A stretch of DNA of 64,000 nucleotides from contig CBDCSU010000004.1 in assembly GCA_965221775.1 (NCBI GenBank), forward strand, positions 1,088,001-1,152,000, given 5' to 3'. This document shows positions 39,379-49,137 of the stretch, one piece after another (position 1 is the stretch's first letter; the number at the start of each line of letters is the position of its first letter). The stretch comes from Candidatus Latescibacterota bacterium. Its GTDB lineage: Bacteria > Latescibacterota > UBA2968 > UBA8231. The position numbers were made by a program, and so were the translations under genes. The notes beneath the pieces were generated by a model. The model ran no database searches. It worked only from the letters and a program-made list of their open reading frames with translations, and was not told where the DNA came from.

Positions 39379-39945
39379 CTACCGCACCACCCCGTCCACC
39401 TGCGCCAGGATCTCCTCGACCGCCGGGCGGTCGGAGCTGCTCTCCCCCACGAACCTCCAGACGATGCGGCCTTCGGGCGTGATGATGAAGGCGGAGGGCG
39501 CGGCGACTCCGTCGTTCAGGAGGTTGAAGACGCCGTAGTCCTTGGCCACCGCGCCTCCTTCGTCCGAGAGAATGGGGAACCCGGCGCCGCTGAGCTCCGC
39601 CATGTTGCGCGCGTCCTCGATATCATCCGTGCTGATCGCCGCGAGCGAAACGTTGCGCTCCACGAAGGCGGGGTGGGACTCTGCCAGCTCACCTAGCTGG
39701 GCCTTGCAGAAGCCTCAGAAGAATCCCCGGTAGAACACCAGCACCGCCGCGGAGCGGTCCTCGAGCAGGTCGCCCAGGGAGACGGAGGTCCCGTCCGCCG
39801 CCGGCAGGGTGAAGGCGGGCGCCCGCTCGTCGACGGAAACGCCCTTGTCGGAATCCGAACCGCAGCCGGCGAGCACCGCCAGGGCCGCTGCCGCCAGGAG
39901 CGGGACCACCGCCCTCGCCCCGCTCCTGGCGAGGACGCCGGTCAT
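39379..39945 (-). CDS. Lipoprotein AhpC/TSA (peroxiredoxin-like) selenoprotein; UGA=Sec at 39715-39717
   Basis: Lipobox LAGC; 'APAFTLP', 'LVFYRGFF-TGA-GFCKAQL' (UxxC); frame continues 'AISTD', 'FPILSD', 'PSAFII' to TAG. Confidence 0.85.
39676..39714 (-). promoter_or_regulatory. Candidate bacterial SECIS element
   Basis: Immediately 3' of UGA: GGCTTCTG...CAGAGTCC lower stem; CCAGCT-AGGTG-AGCTGG apical stem-loop beginning 15 nt after UGA. Confidence 0.65.
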
Positions 39946-40769
39946 CCTCCCTGCGCCTCGTTCAGCACCTCGCGCAGGTGCCGCACGGCGAGGCGGACGC
40001 ACTCCTCCCAGTCGCAGCTGTTGCGGTCGCCGATCTCGAAGACGAGACCCAGGCTGCTGTTGAACCCGACCTCCTGCAACAGGCGGACAACCCTCGGGTA
40101 GTCGATCCACTCCTCGCGGCCGGCGTCGATCTTGTAAATCTTGGCGCGCACGTAGATCGCGTGGGGCGCCGTGGGCCGCAGGTAGTCCTCGTAGAGGTCG
40201 ACGTCCGGGTCGAACTCGCCCCGCACGTGGGAGCCGATCGCCCCCTTCCACTGCCCCGTGTCCATGAGGAAGCGGAAGTTGGGACGGTCCACGTCGCCGA
40301 GGATGCGCAGGGCCTGGTGGGCGGTCATGCAGAAGCTGCTCTCGTCGTGGTTCTGCAGGGCCAGCATCAGGCCGCTCTCGGCGGCGTAGTCGGACAGCTC
40401 CTGGAAGCTGGCCACCATGGGCGCCCACAGGCGCTCCTGCTCCTCCACGCTGTCCGGCCACTTGGCGCGGGCGAAGACGCGCAGCATCTGGGCGCCGAGC
40501 TGCACCGCCGTGTCCACGTCCTGCCGGCCCTGGGCGAGGCGCTGCTCCTTCTCCTCCACGGGTCCGGCGTAGGAGCCGGAGCCGGCGTAGCCGATGGTCA
40601 GGCCCCGGCGCACGCAGTGCCAGCGGATGGCCTTGAGCCGCTCCGGGTCGCGGTCCAGGCCCGACAGGTGGATGTCGATTCCGTCGAGGCCCAGCTCGGC
40701 GGCCAGGTCCACGGTCTCGTCGATGGGGGCTCCCGCCCCCTCGCGCGCCATCATGCTCAGTCGAATCAC
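39942..40769 (-). CDS. Sugar-phosphate isomerase/epimerase (xylose-isomerase-like TIM barrel)
   Basis: 'LGLDGIDI', 'LRVFA', 'LALQNHD', 'LMDTGQW', 'IDYPRVVRLLQEVGF'. Confidence 0.85.
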   Translation of the reverse strand: MIRLSMMAREGAGAPIDETVDLAAELGLDGIDIHLSGLDRDPERLKAIRWHCVRRGLTIGYAGSGSYAGPVEEKEQRLAQGRQDVDTAVQLGAQMLRVFARAKWPDSVEEQERLWAPMVASFQELSDYAAESGLMLALQNHDESSFCMTAHQALRILGDVDRPNFRFLMDTGQWKGAIGSHVRGEFDPDVDLYEDYLRPTAPHAIYVRAKIYKIDAGREEWIDYPRVVRLLQEVGFNSSLGLVFEIGDRNSCDWEECVRLAVRHLREVLNEAQGG

Positions 40770-41674
40770 TCGTCCCTCTCCTTTGCGCTTTCGGGTGATA
40801 TGCACTCCACGGCCAGACGGCAGGCCTCGGCGATGACCTCGGCGCCGTCGGCCTCGTCGCGGGCGGCGGTAGCGAAGCCGGCCGCCACCAGCGGACCCGA
40901 CGGCAGGAACAGGATACCCACGTCTCCCTTGATCCGTCCGCTGGAACCGTACTTGTGGGCGATGACCACGCCGGGGTCGACGTGGCGGGGCAGCATGCGC
41001 CGGTCGCGGCCGCTCTTCAGCAGCTCCACCATCTGCGCCGAGGCCTCCGCGTCGACCACCCGGCCCTGGTGGAGGGCCTTGAGCAGACCCCCCATGTGGG
41101 CCGGGGAGGCGACGTTGTTCTCGGGCGCGTCGTGGTAGGGCCAGCTGTCGTAGTCGAGGCCCTCCTCCTGCATGCGCCGCGCCATCTCCCTGTCCGCCTC
41201 CGGACTCGGGGTCCGGTCCGCCATGTTCACCATGGCGTAGTGGTAGCGGCTCATGGTGGCGTTGGTGCGCAGGTCCCCGAAGCCGAGGCCCTCCATGGTG
41301 CGGTTCACGTTGTCGAGTCCCACCACCCCCATGAGCATGTCGGTGGCGACGTTGTCGCTGACGAAGATCATGAAGCGGCAGTAGTCGAGCAGCGTCAGCT
41401 CCGGCTCGTCCAGGGCCAGGCCCAGGCCGCCGGTGCCGTGGGTGCTGATGGGACCGGCCAGCCGGCGGCGCTCGGTCAGGGACAGCTCCCCGGCCGCGGC
41501 CTGGCGGAACAACTCGACCATGACCGGCACCTTGCAGACGCTCGCCGTGGGGAAGCGCTGGTCGGCGTTGACCGCCGCCGCCGCGCCCGAGGCAAGGTCC
41601 TCCACGTAGAAGCCGAAGCGGCCGTCGAAGTCTGCGGCCAGGGCCTCGATCTCCCGCTGTGGGAGGGCGGTCAC
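40766..41674 (-). CDS. Class A beta-lactamase-like serine hydrolase
   Basis: SxxK 'FPTASVCKV', 'VSDNVATD', 'AHKYG'; no signal peptide. Confidence 0.85.
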   Translation of the reverse strand: MTALPQREIEALAADFDGRFGFYVEDLASGAAAAVNADQRFPTASVCKVPVMVELFRQAAAGELSLTERRRLAGPISTHGTGGLGLALDEPELTLLDYCRFMIFVSDNVATDMLMGVVGLDNVNRTMEGLGFGDLRTNATMSRYHYAMVNMADRTPSPEADREMARRMQEEGLDYDSWPYHDAPENNVASPAHMGGLLKALHQGRVVDAEASAQMVELLKSGRDRRMLPRHVDPGVVIAHKYGSSGRIKGDVGILFLPSGPLVAAGFATAARDEADGAEVIAEACRLAVECISPESAKERDE

Positions 41675-43239
41675 GTCGACTTCGGTCCGATGCGGTCCTG
41701 CTGCAGGCCGAGGGGCCGCTCCATGTCGCGGTAGCGCATGTACAGCTCGACGCCGCTCAGGCTGCGGGTGAAGGTCGCCCGCGGCTCCAGGCGCCTCACC
41801 TCGACCTCGACGAGGTTCTCGCCGCGGCGCACGCTGTCGGCCGGCAGCCGGAAGCGGAACCAGTGGAAGGAGCCGCCCAGGGGGACCTGCAGCTCCATGG
41901 CGCCGTAGAGGCGCACCGGGAAGAACAGGGCGCGCTCGTCGGTGATCTCGGCGTCGTCGAGATCCAGGACCTGGCCGTTGAAGCGGATCTCCACGTCGTC
42001 CTCGATGCAGAAGAACTGGAAGCGGAGGGTGAGGACCGGCTTGCGCATCTCGCCGTCGGCGCGGGCCCCGTCGACGTCGTCGGCCACGTGGACCGGCGCC
42101 CGCAGGACCGCCCCCTCCTCCAGGGTCAGGGGCAGCGCCCGGTGGGGGGTGGTGGTCTCGGCGTCGGCGGCGCCCTCCCGCGGCTGCAGGAAGTAGCGCT
42201 TGTCGCGGCGGCCCGTGGTCTCGGGGTAGGCCATCTCGCGCAGGAAGGAGTACTCCTCGTCGGCGAAGGGCCAGGGCATGTACCCGTGGTAGAGGCCGGC
42301 CCAGCCCTGGTTGACCAGGGTCTGCTGCAGGGCCCGCCACATCTCGATGTGCATGAAGGGGACGGCCTCGTGGAAGACCCGGCGCGGCGGCCGGTAGTAG
42401 GCGGCGGCGCCGGCGGCGTTGGCCGCCTCCGTCATCCACCCAGGCTTCGGCTCGGTGTCGGTGAGGATGCAGCCGTCCTGGCCGACGACATGGTCGACGC
42501 TCCCGGCCTCGAGCCAGCCGGCCACGTCGAGACCGGCTGCCCGGTTGACTTCCTCATCCAGATCGACGCGCACCATCAGGGGCAGCCGCTCGCTGCCGTC
42601 GGGTGTGGTCTCGTCCATGAGCCGGCGCAGGTCGGCGACGAAGCCGCTCATGATCTCGGCGCCGCGCTCCTCGCCGGTCTTGAAGTACTGGGTGCCGAAG
42701 AGGAAGTCGAGCTCGATGCCGTGGGGGCCGTAGTCCTCGAGGATCTCCCGCAGCAGGGCGAGCTTGTAGTCGCGCACCTCGGCGAGGGCGTAGTCGTACC
42801 CGAAGAGGTAGCGGCCCTCCTCGCCGATGCTGACCTCGGCGCCCTTCTCCCACTTCAGGCTGCCGCAGCGCTGCGCCCCGGGCGCGTGGGAGTCCTGCAT
42901 CTTCAGGCTCGGGACGACGCGCACGCCCAGCTCCTTCCCGCGCTCGATGCAGGCCCGCAGCTGGTCCGTGCCCAGGCGCTGCCCTTCCTCGACCATGCGC
43001 ATGATGCGCCAGTCGATGTACGACTCCCAGGTCTCCTTCCGCTGGCCCACGGAGCGGCCCACCTTGGTGTTGTGGAAGAACACGTCGCCGTAGCCGAGGC
43101 CGAGGGCGAGGGTATCGGCCCCGGTGCCGGCCAGCTCGTCCACCGGCCACTGCAGCATGTGCAGGCTCGCCGGCGGCTCGATGCGCTTGGCGTGGTAGTG
43201 GTGGGCGTCGTTGTAGTAGATCAGGCGCGGTCGGTGCAT
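41671..43239 (-). CDS. Putative glycoside-hydrolase-like TIM-barrel protein
   Basis: 'RLIYYND', 'DYALAEVRDYKLALLREILEDY..GIELDF', 'GLDVAGWLEAG'; C-terminal beta-sandwich. Confidence 0.7.
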   Translation of the reverse strand: MHRPRLIYYNDAHHYHAKRIEPPASLHMLQWPVDELAGTGADTLALGLGYGDVFFHNTKVGRSVGQRKETWESYIDWRIMRMVEEGQRLGTDQLRACIERGKELGVRVVPSLKMQDSHAPGAQRCGSLKWEKGAEVSIGEEGRYLFGYDYALAEVRDYKLALLREILEDYGPHGIELDFLFGTQYFKTGEERGAEIMSGFVADLRRLMDETTPDGSERLPLMVRVDLDEEVNRAAGLDVAGWLEAGSVDHVVGQDGCILTDTEPKPGWMTEAANAAGAAAYYRPPRRVFHEAVPFMHIEMWRALQQTLVNQGWAGLYHGYMPWPFADEEYSFLREMAYPETTGRRDKRYFLQPREGAADAETTTPHRALPLTLEEGAVLRAPVHVADDVDGARADGEMRKPVLTLRFQFFCIEDDVEIRFNGQVLDLDDAEITDERALFFPVRLYGAMELQVPLGGSFHWFRFRLPADSVRRGENLVEVEVRRLEPRATFTRSLSGVELYMRYRDMERPLGLQQDRIGPKST

Positions 43240-43315
43240 GTTGTCTCTCCCTCCGGAAGGTGCGGGTAAGTTGGGTGCCACGGCCCCGGAGAGGCAAACC
43301 CGTCCGAGGGCCGGG

Positions 43316-44359
43316 TCACCCTTGCCTTGGGTGATCCGCGGCGTGCCTCGGCGGCTCCTTGCGCATGGCGTTGCCGTCGGTGATTCCGCAGCCGGCCAGC
43401 AGGGTCCGCTGCACGGCCAGGTCGTGATCGGCCCCGTAGTCGGGGTCCTTGTCGCCGCCGATGCAGGCGGCCAGCTCGCGCAGCAGGGTGGGGTCGGTCT
43501 CGCCCCGGGCGCGGTCGGCGGTGACCCACTCACCGGCGGGGTAGCCGTCGACGGGGCTCTTCAGGAACAGGCGCAGGCCGTCCGATCCAAGGGGCTCGTG
43601 GAGGGCGGTGCCGGCCGTGCCGTGGACCTCGAGGCGGCGGTCCATGCCGATCTGCATCCCCGTGGTGTCCACCGTCCCGAGGCCATCCCGGCACTCGTGG
43701 ACCACCACGGCGTTGTCGACCTCGGAGCGGTCGCCGTAGTGGCAGGCGAGGGCCGAGTGCACGCGCAGGGGCTCCCCCATCATCGTCACCATCAGGTCGA
43801 GGAGATGGCCGGCCATCTCGAAGTAGACGCCGCCGTGGTAGACGGTGAACTCCTCGGCCAGTTGCGGATGCCAGCCCATCGGCTTGGGGATGTGTCCCCG
43901 GAACTGGTAGATCTGCCCGAGGGCGCCGGCGGCGGCCAGGCGCAGCAGCTCGCGGATGGCGGCGTTGTAGCGCCACATGTAGGCCAGGTGCAGCTGCAGG
44001 CCGCTCCGACTCGCCAGGTCCTGGAGGCGCGAGAATTGCGCCAGGTCCACGCCCGCCGGCTTCTCCAGGAGGACGTGCTTCCCCGCCTCCAGGGCGGCCT
44101 CGGCGTAGTCGAGGTTCTGGTAGACGTGGCCCTCCACCACCACCGCCTCGGCCTCGCTCTCGAGCACGGCCTCCACCGTCGGGAAGACGGCCAGCGGCCC
44201 TCCGAGGTCCGCCCAGCGCTCCTGCCTGCGGGCGATGACCTCCTCGTCGGGGTCGTGCATGCCCAGCAGCTCGAACTCCTGCGGGCGGCGGTGGGCCTCC
44301 TCCACGTGCATGGAGGCGTGGCTGTGCCAGGCGCCGAGCAGAGCGAACTTGAGTCTCAT
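43316..44359 (-). CDS. Gfo/Idh/MocA oxidoreductase
   Basis: 'AGKHVLLEKPAG', 'YMWRY', 'GGVYFEMAGHLLD'. Confidence 0.9.
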   Translation of the reverse strand: MRLKFALLGAWHSHASMHVEEAHRRPQEFELLGMHDPDEEVIARRQERWADLGGPLAVFPTVEAVLESEAEAVVVEGHVYQNLDYAEAALEAGKHVLLEKPAGVDLAQFSRLQDLASRSGLQLHLAYMWRYNAAIRELLRLAAAGALGQIYQFRGHIPKPMGWHPQLAEEFTVYHGGVYFEMAGHLLDLMVTMMGEPLRVHSALACHYGDRSEVDNAVVVHECRDGLGTVDTTGMQIGMDRRLEVHGTAGTALHEPLGSDGLRLFLKSPVDGYPAGEWVTADRARGETDPTLLRELAACIGGDKDPDYGADHDLAVQRTLLAGCGITDGNAMRKEPPRHAADHPRQG

Positions 44360-44407
44360 CCTCCCTCTCCCTTATTCTCCGGCCCCCCTCGAAAAGGAGC
44401 CCTCGTG

Positions 44408-45415
44408 ATGACGGATACACCCCTTGGCTGGGGCCTGATCGGCTGCGGCGGCGCCGGCAGCGGCCACGCCCGCGGCGCCGCGGACAACCCCGACGTGGCC
44501 GTGCGCGCCTTCTGCGACGTCGATCCCCGCTCCGCCGAGCGGCTCGCCGGGGAGCACGGGGACGCCACGCACACCACCGACCCGGAGCGGCTGCTCTCCG
44601 ACCCGGGGATCGACATCCTCTCCATCGCCACGGCCCACGACTCCCATGCCGACCTGGCGGTGGCCGCCTTCGAGGCCGGCAAGCACCTCTGGCTCGAGAA
44701 GCCGATGGCCATGACCGTGGCCGACTGCCTGCGCATCGAGGCGGCGCGCAAGGCCGCGGACCGGCGCCTGATGCTGAACTTCTCCATCCGCTTCTCCGGC
44801 GCCGCCCGCGCCGTGCGCGAGCGCCTCGGCCGGCCCCTGGTCAGCCACGGCCAGTGCACCCAGGCGCCCGCCGACCTGACGACCTGGCGCTGGCACCCGG
44901 AGATCGGCGGCGGCCCCCTCTACGACGTCGGCGTCCACGCCCTCGACCTGCTGTGCTGGCTCCACGACGACGAGCCGGTGGAGGTCTTCGCCACCGGAGG
45001 GCAGGTCACCCACCCCGGCCAGCTCGGCAGCCCGGAGATGGTCGACACGGCGGCCGCCACCCTGCGCTTCGCCAACGGCTCGGTGGCCACCTTCCTGATG
45101 ACCGACGCCGGCCGCAACGAGCTGCTGTCGAAGTGGTTCTTCGAGTTCTTCGACGGCTCCGCCACCGCCGTCCTCCACGAGCACTTCCGCACCGCCACCT
45201 TCACCGCCCCCGACCCGGATTCGGGCGAGGCCGTGAGCGAGACGGTCAAGCCCGACCCGGCGCCGCGGATCGGCGAGCTGGTGGCCGCCATCCGCTCCGG
45301 CACCGACCCGGCCATCGGCGCCCGCGAGGGCATCCGCTCCACCCTGCTGGTGGAACGCATCATCGACTCGATCCACAGCGGCCGGCCGCAGAAGGTGGAG
45401 ATGCCGGCGTTCTGA
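44408..45415 (+). CDS. Gfo/Idh/MocA oxidoreductase
   Basis: 'GLIGCGGAG', 'GKHLWLEKPMA', 'GGGPLYDVGVHALD'; SD AAGGAG. Confidence 0.9.
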   Translation: MTDTPLGWGLIGCGGAGSGHARGAADNPDVAVRAFCDVDPRSAERLAGEHGDATHTTDPERLLSDPGIDILSIATAHDSHADLAVAAFEAGKHLWLEKPMAMTVADCLRIEAARKAADRRLMLNFSIRFSGAARAVRERLGRPLVSHGQCTQAPADLTTWRWHPEIGGGPLYDVGVHALDLLCWLHDDEPVEVFATGGQVTHPGQLGSPEMVDTAAATLRFANGSVATFLMTDAGRNELLSKWFFEFFDGSATAVLHEHFRTATFTAPDPDSGEAVSETVKPDPAPRIGELVAAIRSGTDPAIGAREGIRSTLLVERIIDSIHSGRPQKVEMPAF

Positions 45416-46259
45416 CATCGGCCCTCGGCGTCGCCAGGCTCCGGTGCCTCTGCTCCCAGCTCCAGCGGCGGCTGCCCGACAGCAGCGGCCGGTGCTCCTC
45501 CGGCGCGGCGGCCACGAAGGCGGCGCCGGGCTCCTGTCCGTTCCAGGCCTGGAACATGGTCGGCGTGTACCCGCCGATGACGATGACGCGCTCCCGGTCC
45601 GAGCGGATGTGCCCCGTGGCGTGGACCAGGGACTCGCCGAAGAGCAGGGTCGAGCCCGCCGGCGCGACGACCTGGTGGATGAGCGACGGGTCCTCGTACG
45701 CGCAGGCGATGATCTCGTCGCGCGGCGCCTTGATCTTGTGGCTGCCGGCGATGCAGACCGTGCCGCCGTCGTCGGGACCGAGGTCGGTGAGGTTGGTCAG
45801 GGTCTTGACGAAGGTGCAGTGGAACAGGCCGTTCTCGGTGTAGGTCCCCAGGTCGGGGCGGGTGCCGGTGTGGAAGCCGTAGCGGTCCCCGGGCCGCGGC
45901 GGGTTGTCCGGGTCGCGCTCGTTGACGACCGCCTCCGACTCCTCGAGCCGCACCTCGCCCCCCACCAGCTCCTCGGCCATGCCCACCAGCCGCGGGTGGG
46001 TGAGGTAGTCGTAGATCGCCGGGTCGGCTTCGAGGATGTGGGCGAAGTGGCGGTGATGGGGCCGGTCGGCGCTCAGCCGGCAGCCGCGCACGACGGCGCC
46101 CTCCCCCGCCGCCGCGAGATCGGCCTTGAGCCGCTGCATCGCCTCCAGCAGGCGGCCGGTCTCGTCCCCGGTGAGGGTGCCGGGGACGACGACGTAGCCG
46201 AAGACATCCAGGTGGTAGCGCTCGGCGGGGGTCAGGGCGGGGAAGGGGCGTTCGAACAT
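45360..46259 (-). CDS. Phytanoyl-CoA dioxygenase family protein
   Basis: 'LDVFGYVVVPG', 'GFHTG', 'GGTVCIAGSHK', 'AGSTLLFGESLVHA'; 3' end overlaps the convergent gene, true end uncertain. Confidence 0.85.
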   Translation of the reverse strand: MFERPFPALTPAERYHLDVFGYVVVPGTLTGDETGRLLEAMQRLKADLAAAGEGAVVRGCRLSADRPHHRHFAHILEADPAIYDYLTHPRLVGMAEELVGGEVRLEESEAVVNERDPDNPPRPGDRYGFHTGTRPDLGTYTENGLFHCTFVKTLTNLTDLGPDDGGTVCIAGSHKIKAPRDEIIACAYEDPSLIHQVVAPAGSTLLFGESLVHATGHIRSDRERVIVIGGYTPTMFQAWNGQEPGAAFVAAAPEEHRPLLSGSRRWSWEQRHRSLATPRADVRTPASPPSAAGRCGSSR

Positions 46260-46370
46260 GGCGGTGCAAGATACCGCCCGGTCGGGAGGCTCTCCAAACC
46301 AGCGCCCGAGGACTCACCCCATGTGTCCGTTGACCCCGGGCGGCGCCGCTGCCGACCTTAGCCGCGAGCC

Positions 46371-47618
46371 ATGCAGACGATCACCGTATCCCGCAACGAC
46401 GAGATCTACGAGGCCTTCGCCGACGTGGCGCAGGCCGCCGACGGCACCCTGGTCTGCACCTACCGCGAGAGCATGGGCCACAGCTCCCGCCCGTTCTCGC
46501 GCGTCATCGTGCGCCGCAGCTTCGACCGCGGACTCACCTGGGGCCCCCGCCAGGTGGTGGTCGAGCGCACCGAGGAGGAGACGGCCCGGGGGCAGGGCCG
46601 GCTCAACTGCTCGCGCATCGCCGCCTGCGGCGACGGCACCCTGCTGCTCGTCGTCGACCTGCTGCTCAGGGAGACCTTCGACGAGTACCTGGAGCCGCAC
46701 CCGTGCATGAACCTGCTGCTGCGCAGCCGCGACCACGGGGCCACCTGGGAGGGGCCGGAGGAGACCGGCCTCAGCGAGGGCATCGTCCCCTCGATCAAGG
46801 AGCTGTCCGACGGCGGCCTGATCATCGGCGTCACCGAGCAGTGGCCGGGTCCCAAGGGGGTGGAGGACTACGTGGAAGTGCCGACCTGCTTCCTCTCTGG
46901 AGACGGCGGCCGCACCTGGGACGGCCCCTTCAGGATCCCGGATCCCGAGGGATCGCCCTGGACCGGGCGCCCCTGGCGCCTGAACGAGGGGGACTTCGCC
47001 GAGATGGACGACGGCACCCTGATCTGCTACCTGCGCGAGGACGGCGAGGGTTTGAGCGGCTGGAAGAGCTTCTCCCGGGACGGCGGCCGCACCTGGTCGA
47101 CGCCGGTGCGCACCCACATGATGCACTGCCTCGGCCGCCCCTCGGTGGGGCGCCTGCGCTCGGGGGAGGTGGCCGTCACCTACCGGGTCTCCTGCGGCCT
47201 CTCCACCTCCCTGGGCCTCTACGTGGAGACGCCGGCCGAGGCCCTGCGCGGCGCCCCCGAACGGGCGGGGGCCCCCGCCGACCCGGAGCAGTACCAGGGC
47301 GATACCGGGGCGCGCTTCGCCTTCCTCGACAACGACCGCGCCCTGTCGGCCGACAGCGGCTACTCGGGCTGGGTGCAGCTGCCCGACGGCGCCCTCTACG
47401 TGGTCAACTACGTCACCGACGACGCCCCCCGCGCCCACATCCGCGGCTACCGCGTCGACCGCGAGGACTGGTACCTCTTTCCCGAGGGGGCGGTCCGCGC
47501 CAACCACCCCCTGTCGGCGAATCCCCGCTACTACGAGAAGGCCCAGCAGATGGCCCGCGAGCAGCAGCAGTGGGTCGACGGGCAGGACTGGTCGCGTCGG
47601 GTGCCCACGCAGAAGTAG
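46371..47618 (+). CDS. Sialidase/BNR-repeat protein
   Basis: Asp-boxes 'SFDRGLTW', 'SRDHGATW', 'SGDGGRTW', 'SRDGGRTW'; 'DSGYSGWVQLPDG'. Confidence 0.88.
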   Translation: MQTITVSRNDEIYEAFADVAQAADGTLVCTYRESMGHSSRPFSRVIVRRSFDRGLTWGPRQVVVERTEEETARGQGRLNCSRIAACGDGTLLLVVDLLLRETFDEYLEPHPCMNLLLRSRDHGATWEGPEETGLSEGIVPSIKELSDGGLIIGVTEQWPGPKGVEDYVEVPTCFLSGDGGRTWDGPFRIPDPEGSPWTGRPWRLNEGDFAEMDDGTLICYLREDGEGLSGWKSFSRDGGRTWSTPVRTHMMHCLGRPSVGRLRSGEVAVTYRVSCGLSTSLGLYVETPAEALRGAPERAGAPADPEQYQGDTGARFAFLDNDRALSADSGYSGWVQLPDGALYVVNYVTDDAPRAHIRGYRVDREDWYLFPEGAVRANHPLSANPRYYEKAQQMAREQQQWVDGQDWSRRVPTQK

Positions 47619-47781
47619 GGTTTCCAACGCCCGAGGGTGATCGGCGGGTACGCAGGTCGGGAGCACTCCGAGGTCCGGCGGGCGCGGCAACCTGATTGCG
47701 GACTTCCGGTCGAGGCCGTCCATGCGTCCCCCGGACCAGGGCAATCCGAGGCCCCGCGAAGGCTGAACCCGATGGCCGGCG

Positions 47782-49137
47782 CTACCGGTCGAGGCCCTCC
47801 AGGTGTCTCCGGAGCAACTCGGCCACCTCCCCCGCGCCTTCCCTCCGCGCCAGGTCCAGCGGCGTGTCGCCGTTGGCATTGGTCAGAGTGGGGTCCGCCC
47901 CGGCCGCCAGCAGCCGCCGCGTGCTCTCCAAGTTTCTGCGCGCGTGATGGAGCGGCGTGTTGTCCATCGCCTCCGGTGCGCGCACGTTCGGGTCCGCGCC
48001 GGCGTCGATCAGCAGCTGCACCGACTGCGGGTTCTCCGCGGCCACCCAGTGCAGGGCCGCGCGCCCGCCGATGGCGTCGGGGTTGCCGCCGTGGACCAGG
48101 ATCAGCTTCAGGCAGGCCGGCACCCGGTTGCGCCAGGCGGCGGCGAGGACCGCCTTGTCCGTGACTTCGGCGCCGTGCTCGACGAGGAGACGGCAGGACT
48201 CGGTGTCGTCCCGGCCCGCGGCCCGGGCGAGGGCGTCGCCGGCGTTCGCATCGGCGCCGGCGGCAAGCAGCAGCCCCAGGGTGGCGTGGCTGCCGACGGC
48301 GACGGCGAAGTCGACGGGAGTCCTGCCGTCCCCGAGCCGCTCGTTGGCGCGGGCCGGGTCGGCCTGCAGAAGCGCCCGGAGCCGGGACACGTCATTCAGA
48401 GCCGCCGCGGTGAACACGTCGACCTCGAGGCCGCGCTCGATCAGGGCTTCGACCAGCACCCGGCCGGTCTCCCGCATGCCTTCGCGGGCGTTCCGCTTCA
48501 GCTGTTCCGCCCCTGCCTGCATGAGCGTGCAGCCCCGCTCGTCCCGGCGCTGGAGGAGTCCGGGATCCTCGTCCACCAGCGCGATCACACGATCGGTCAA
48601 CCCGGCGCGGACGAGCATCCAGGGCGTCGCCGTCGCTCCGTGCTGCACGAGCAGGTCGACCCGGTCCGTGCGCCCGTGGTTCGCCGCCTGCAGCAGGGCC
48701 GCCGTGCCCTGATCGCCGGTCACATCGGCGCCCGCCTCCAGCAGCCGCCGCATCTTCTCCGGACCGCCCTCCCAGGCGGCGACGACGATCGGCGCGCAGT
48801 GGTCGGTGTTGACATTGTGGCCCATGGCATCGGGATCGGCGCCGTGCTCCAGGAGAAGGCGGACAACCTCCAGGCTCCGGGGCGGCTCGCCACGCGGATC
48901 GAGGAAACTGTTGGCCGCCAGGTGGAGGGCCGTCGAGCTGCGATCCGTCAACGACTCGCGCAGGGCCGTCTCGAACGCCTGGCCCCGGAGATTCATCGCC
49001 TTGTCGCTGACGCGGGCCTCGGTCAGCGCCGGGTTGGCCTCCAGACAGGCGCGCAGGGCGTCCAGGTCCAGGTCCCTCACGGCGGCGAACCAGGCGACCC
49101 GCTCGGCGTGGGAGAAGGCCGCATCCGCGTCCCTCAC
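47782..49137 (-). CDS. Ankyrin-repeat protein
   Basis: 'TALHLAA', 'LLLEHGADP', 'RAALHW', 'NTPLHHA', 'GDTPLDLA'; GTGA overlap. Confidence 0.88.
   Translation of the reverse strand: MRDADAAFSHAERVAWFAAVRDLDLDALRACLEANPALTEARVSDKAMNLRGQAFETALRESLTDRSSTALHLAANSFLDPRGEPPRSLEVVRLLLEHGADPDAMGHNVNTDHCAPIVVAAWEGGPEKMRRLLEAGADVTGDQGTAALLQAANHGRTDRVDLLVQHGATATPWMLVRAGLTDRVIALVDEDPGLLQRRDERGCTLMQAGAEQLKRNAREGMRETGRVLVEALIERGLEVDVFTAAALNDVSRLRALLQADPARANERLGDGRTPVDFAVAVGSHATLGLLLAAGADANAGDALARAAGRDDTESCRLLVEHGAEVTDKAVLAAAWRNRVPACLKLILVHGGNPDAIGGRAALHWVAAENPQSVQLLIDAGADPNVRAPEAMDNTPLHHARRNLESTRRLLAAGADPTLTNANGDTPLDLARREGAGEVAELLRRHLEGLDR

Noticed and set aside
40766-41674. Antibiotic-resistance gene
   Set aside because: Lacks signal peptide, KTG and the omega-loop Glu; embedded in a metabolic operon
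47619-47781. Gap between convergent sialidase and ankyrin genes as an ncRNA
   Set aside because: No recognisable motif or convincing stem pattern
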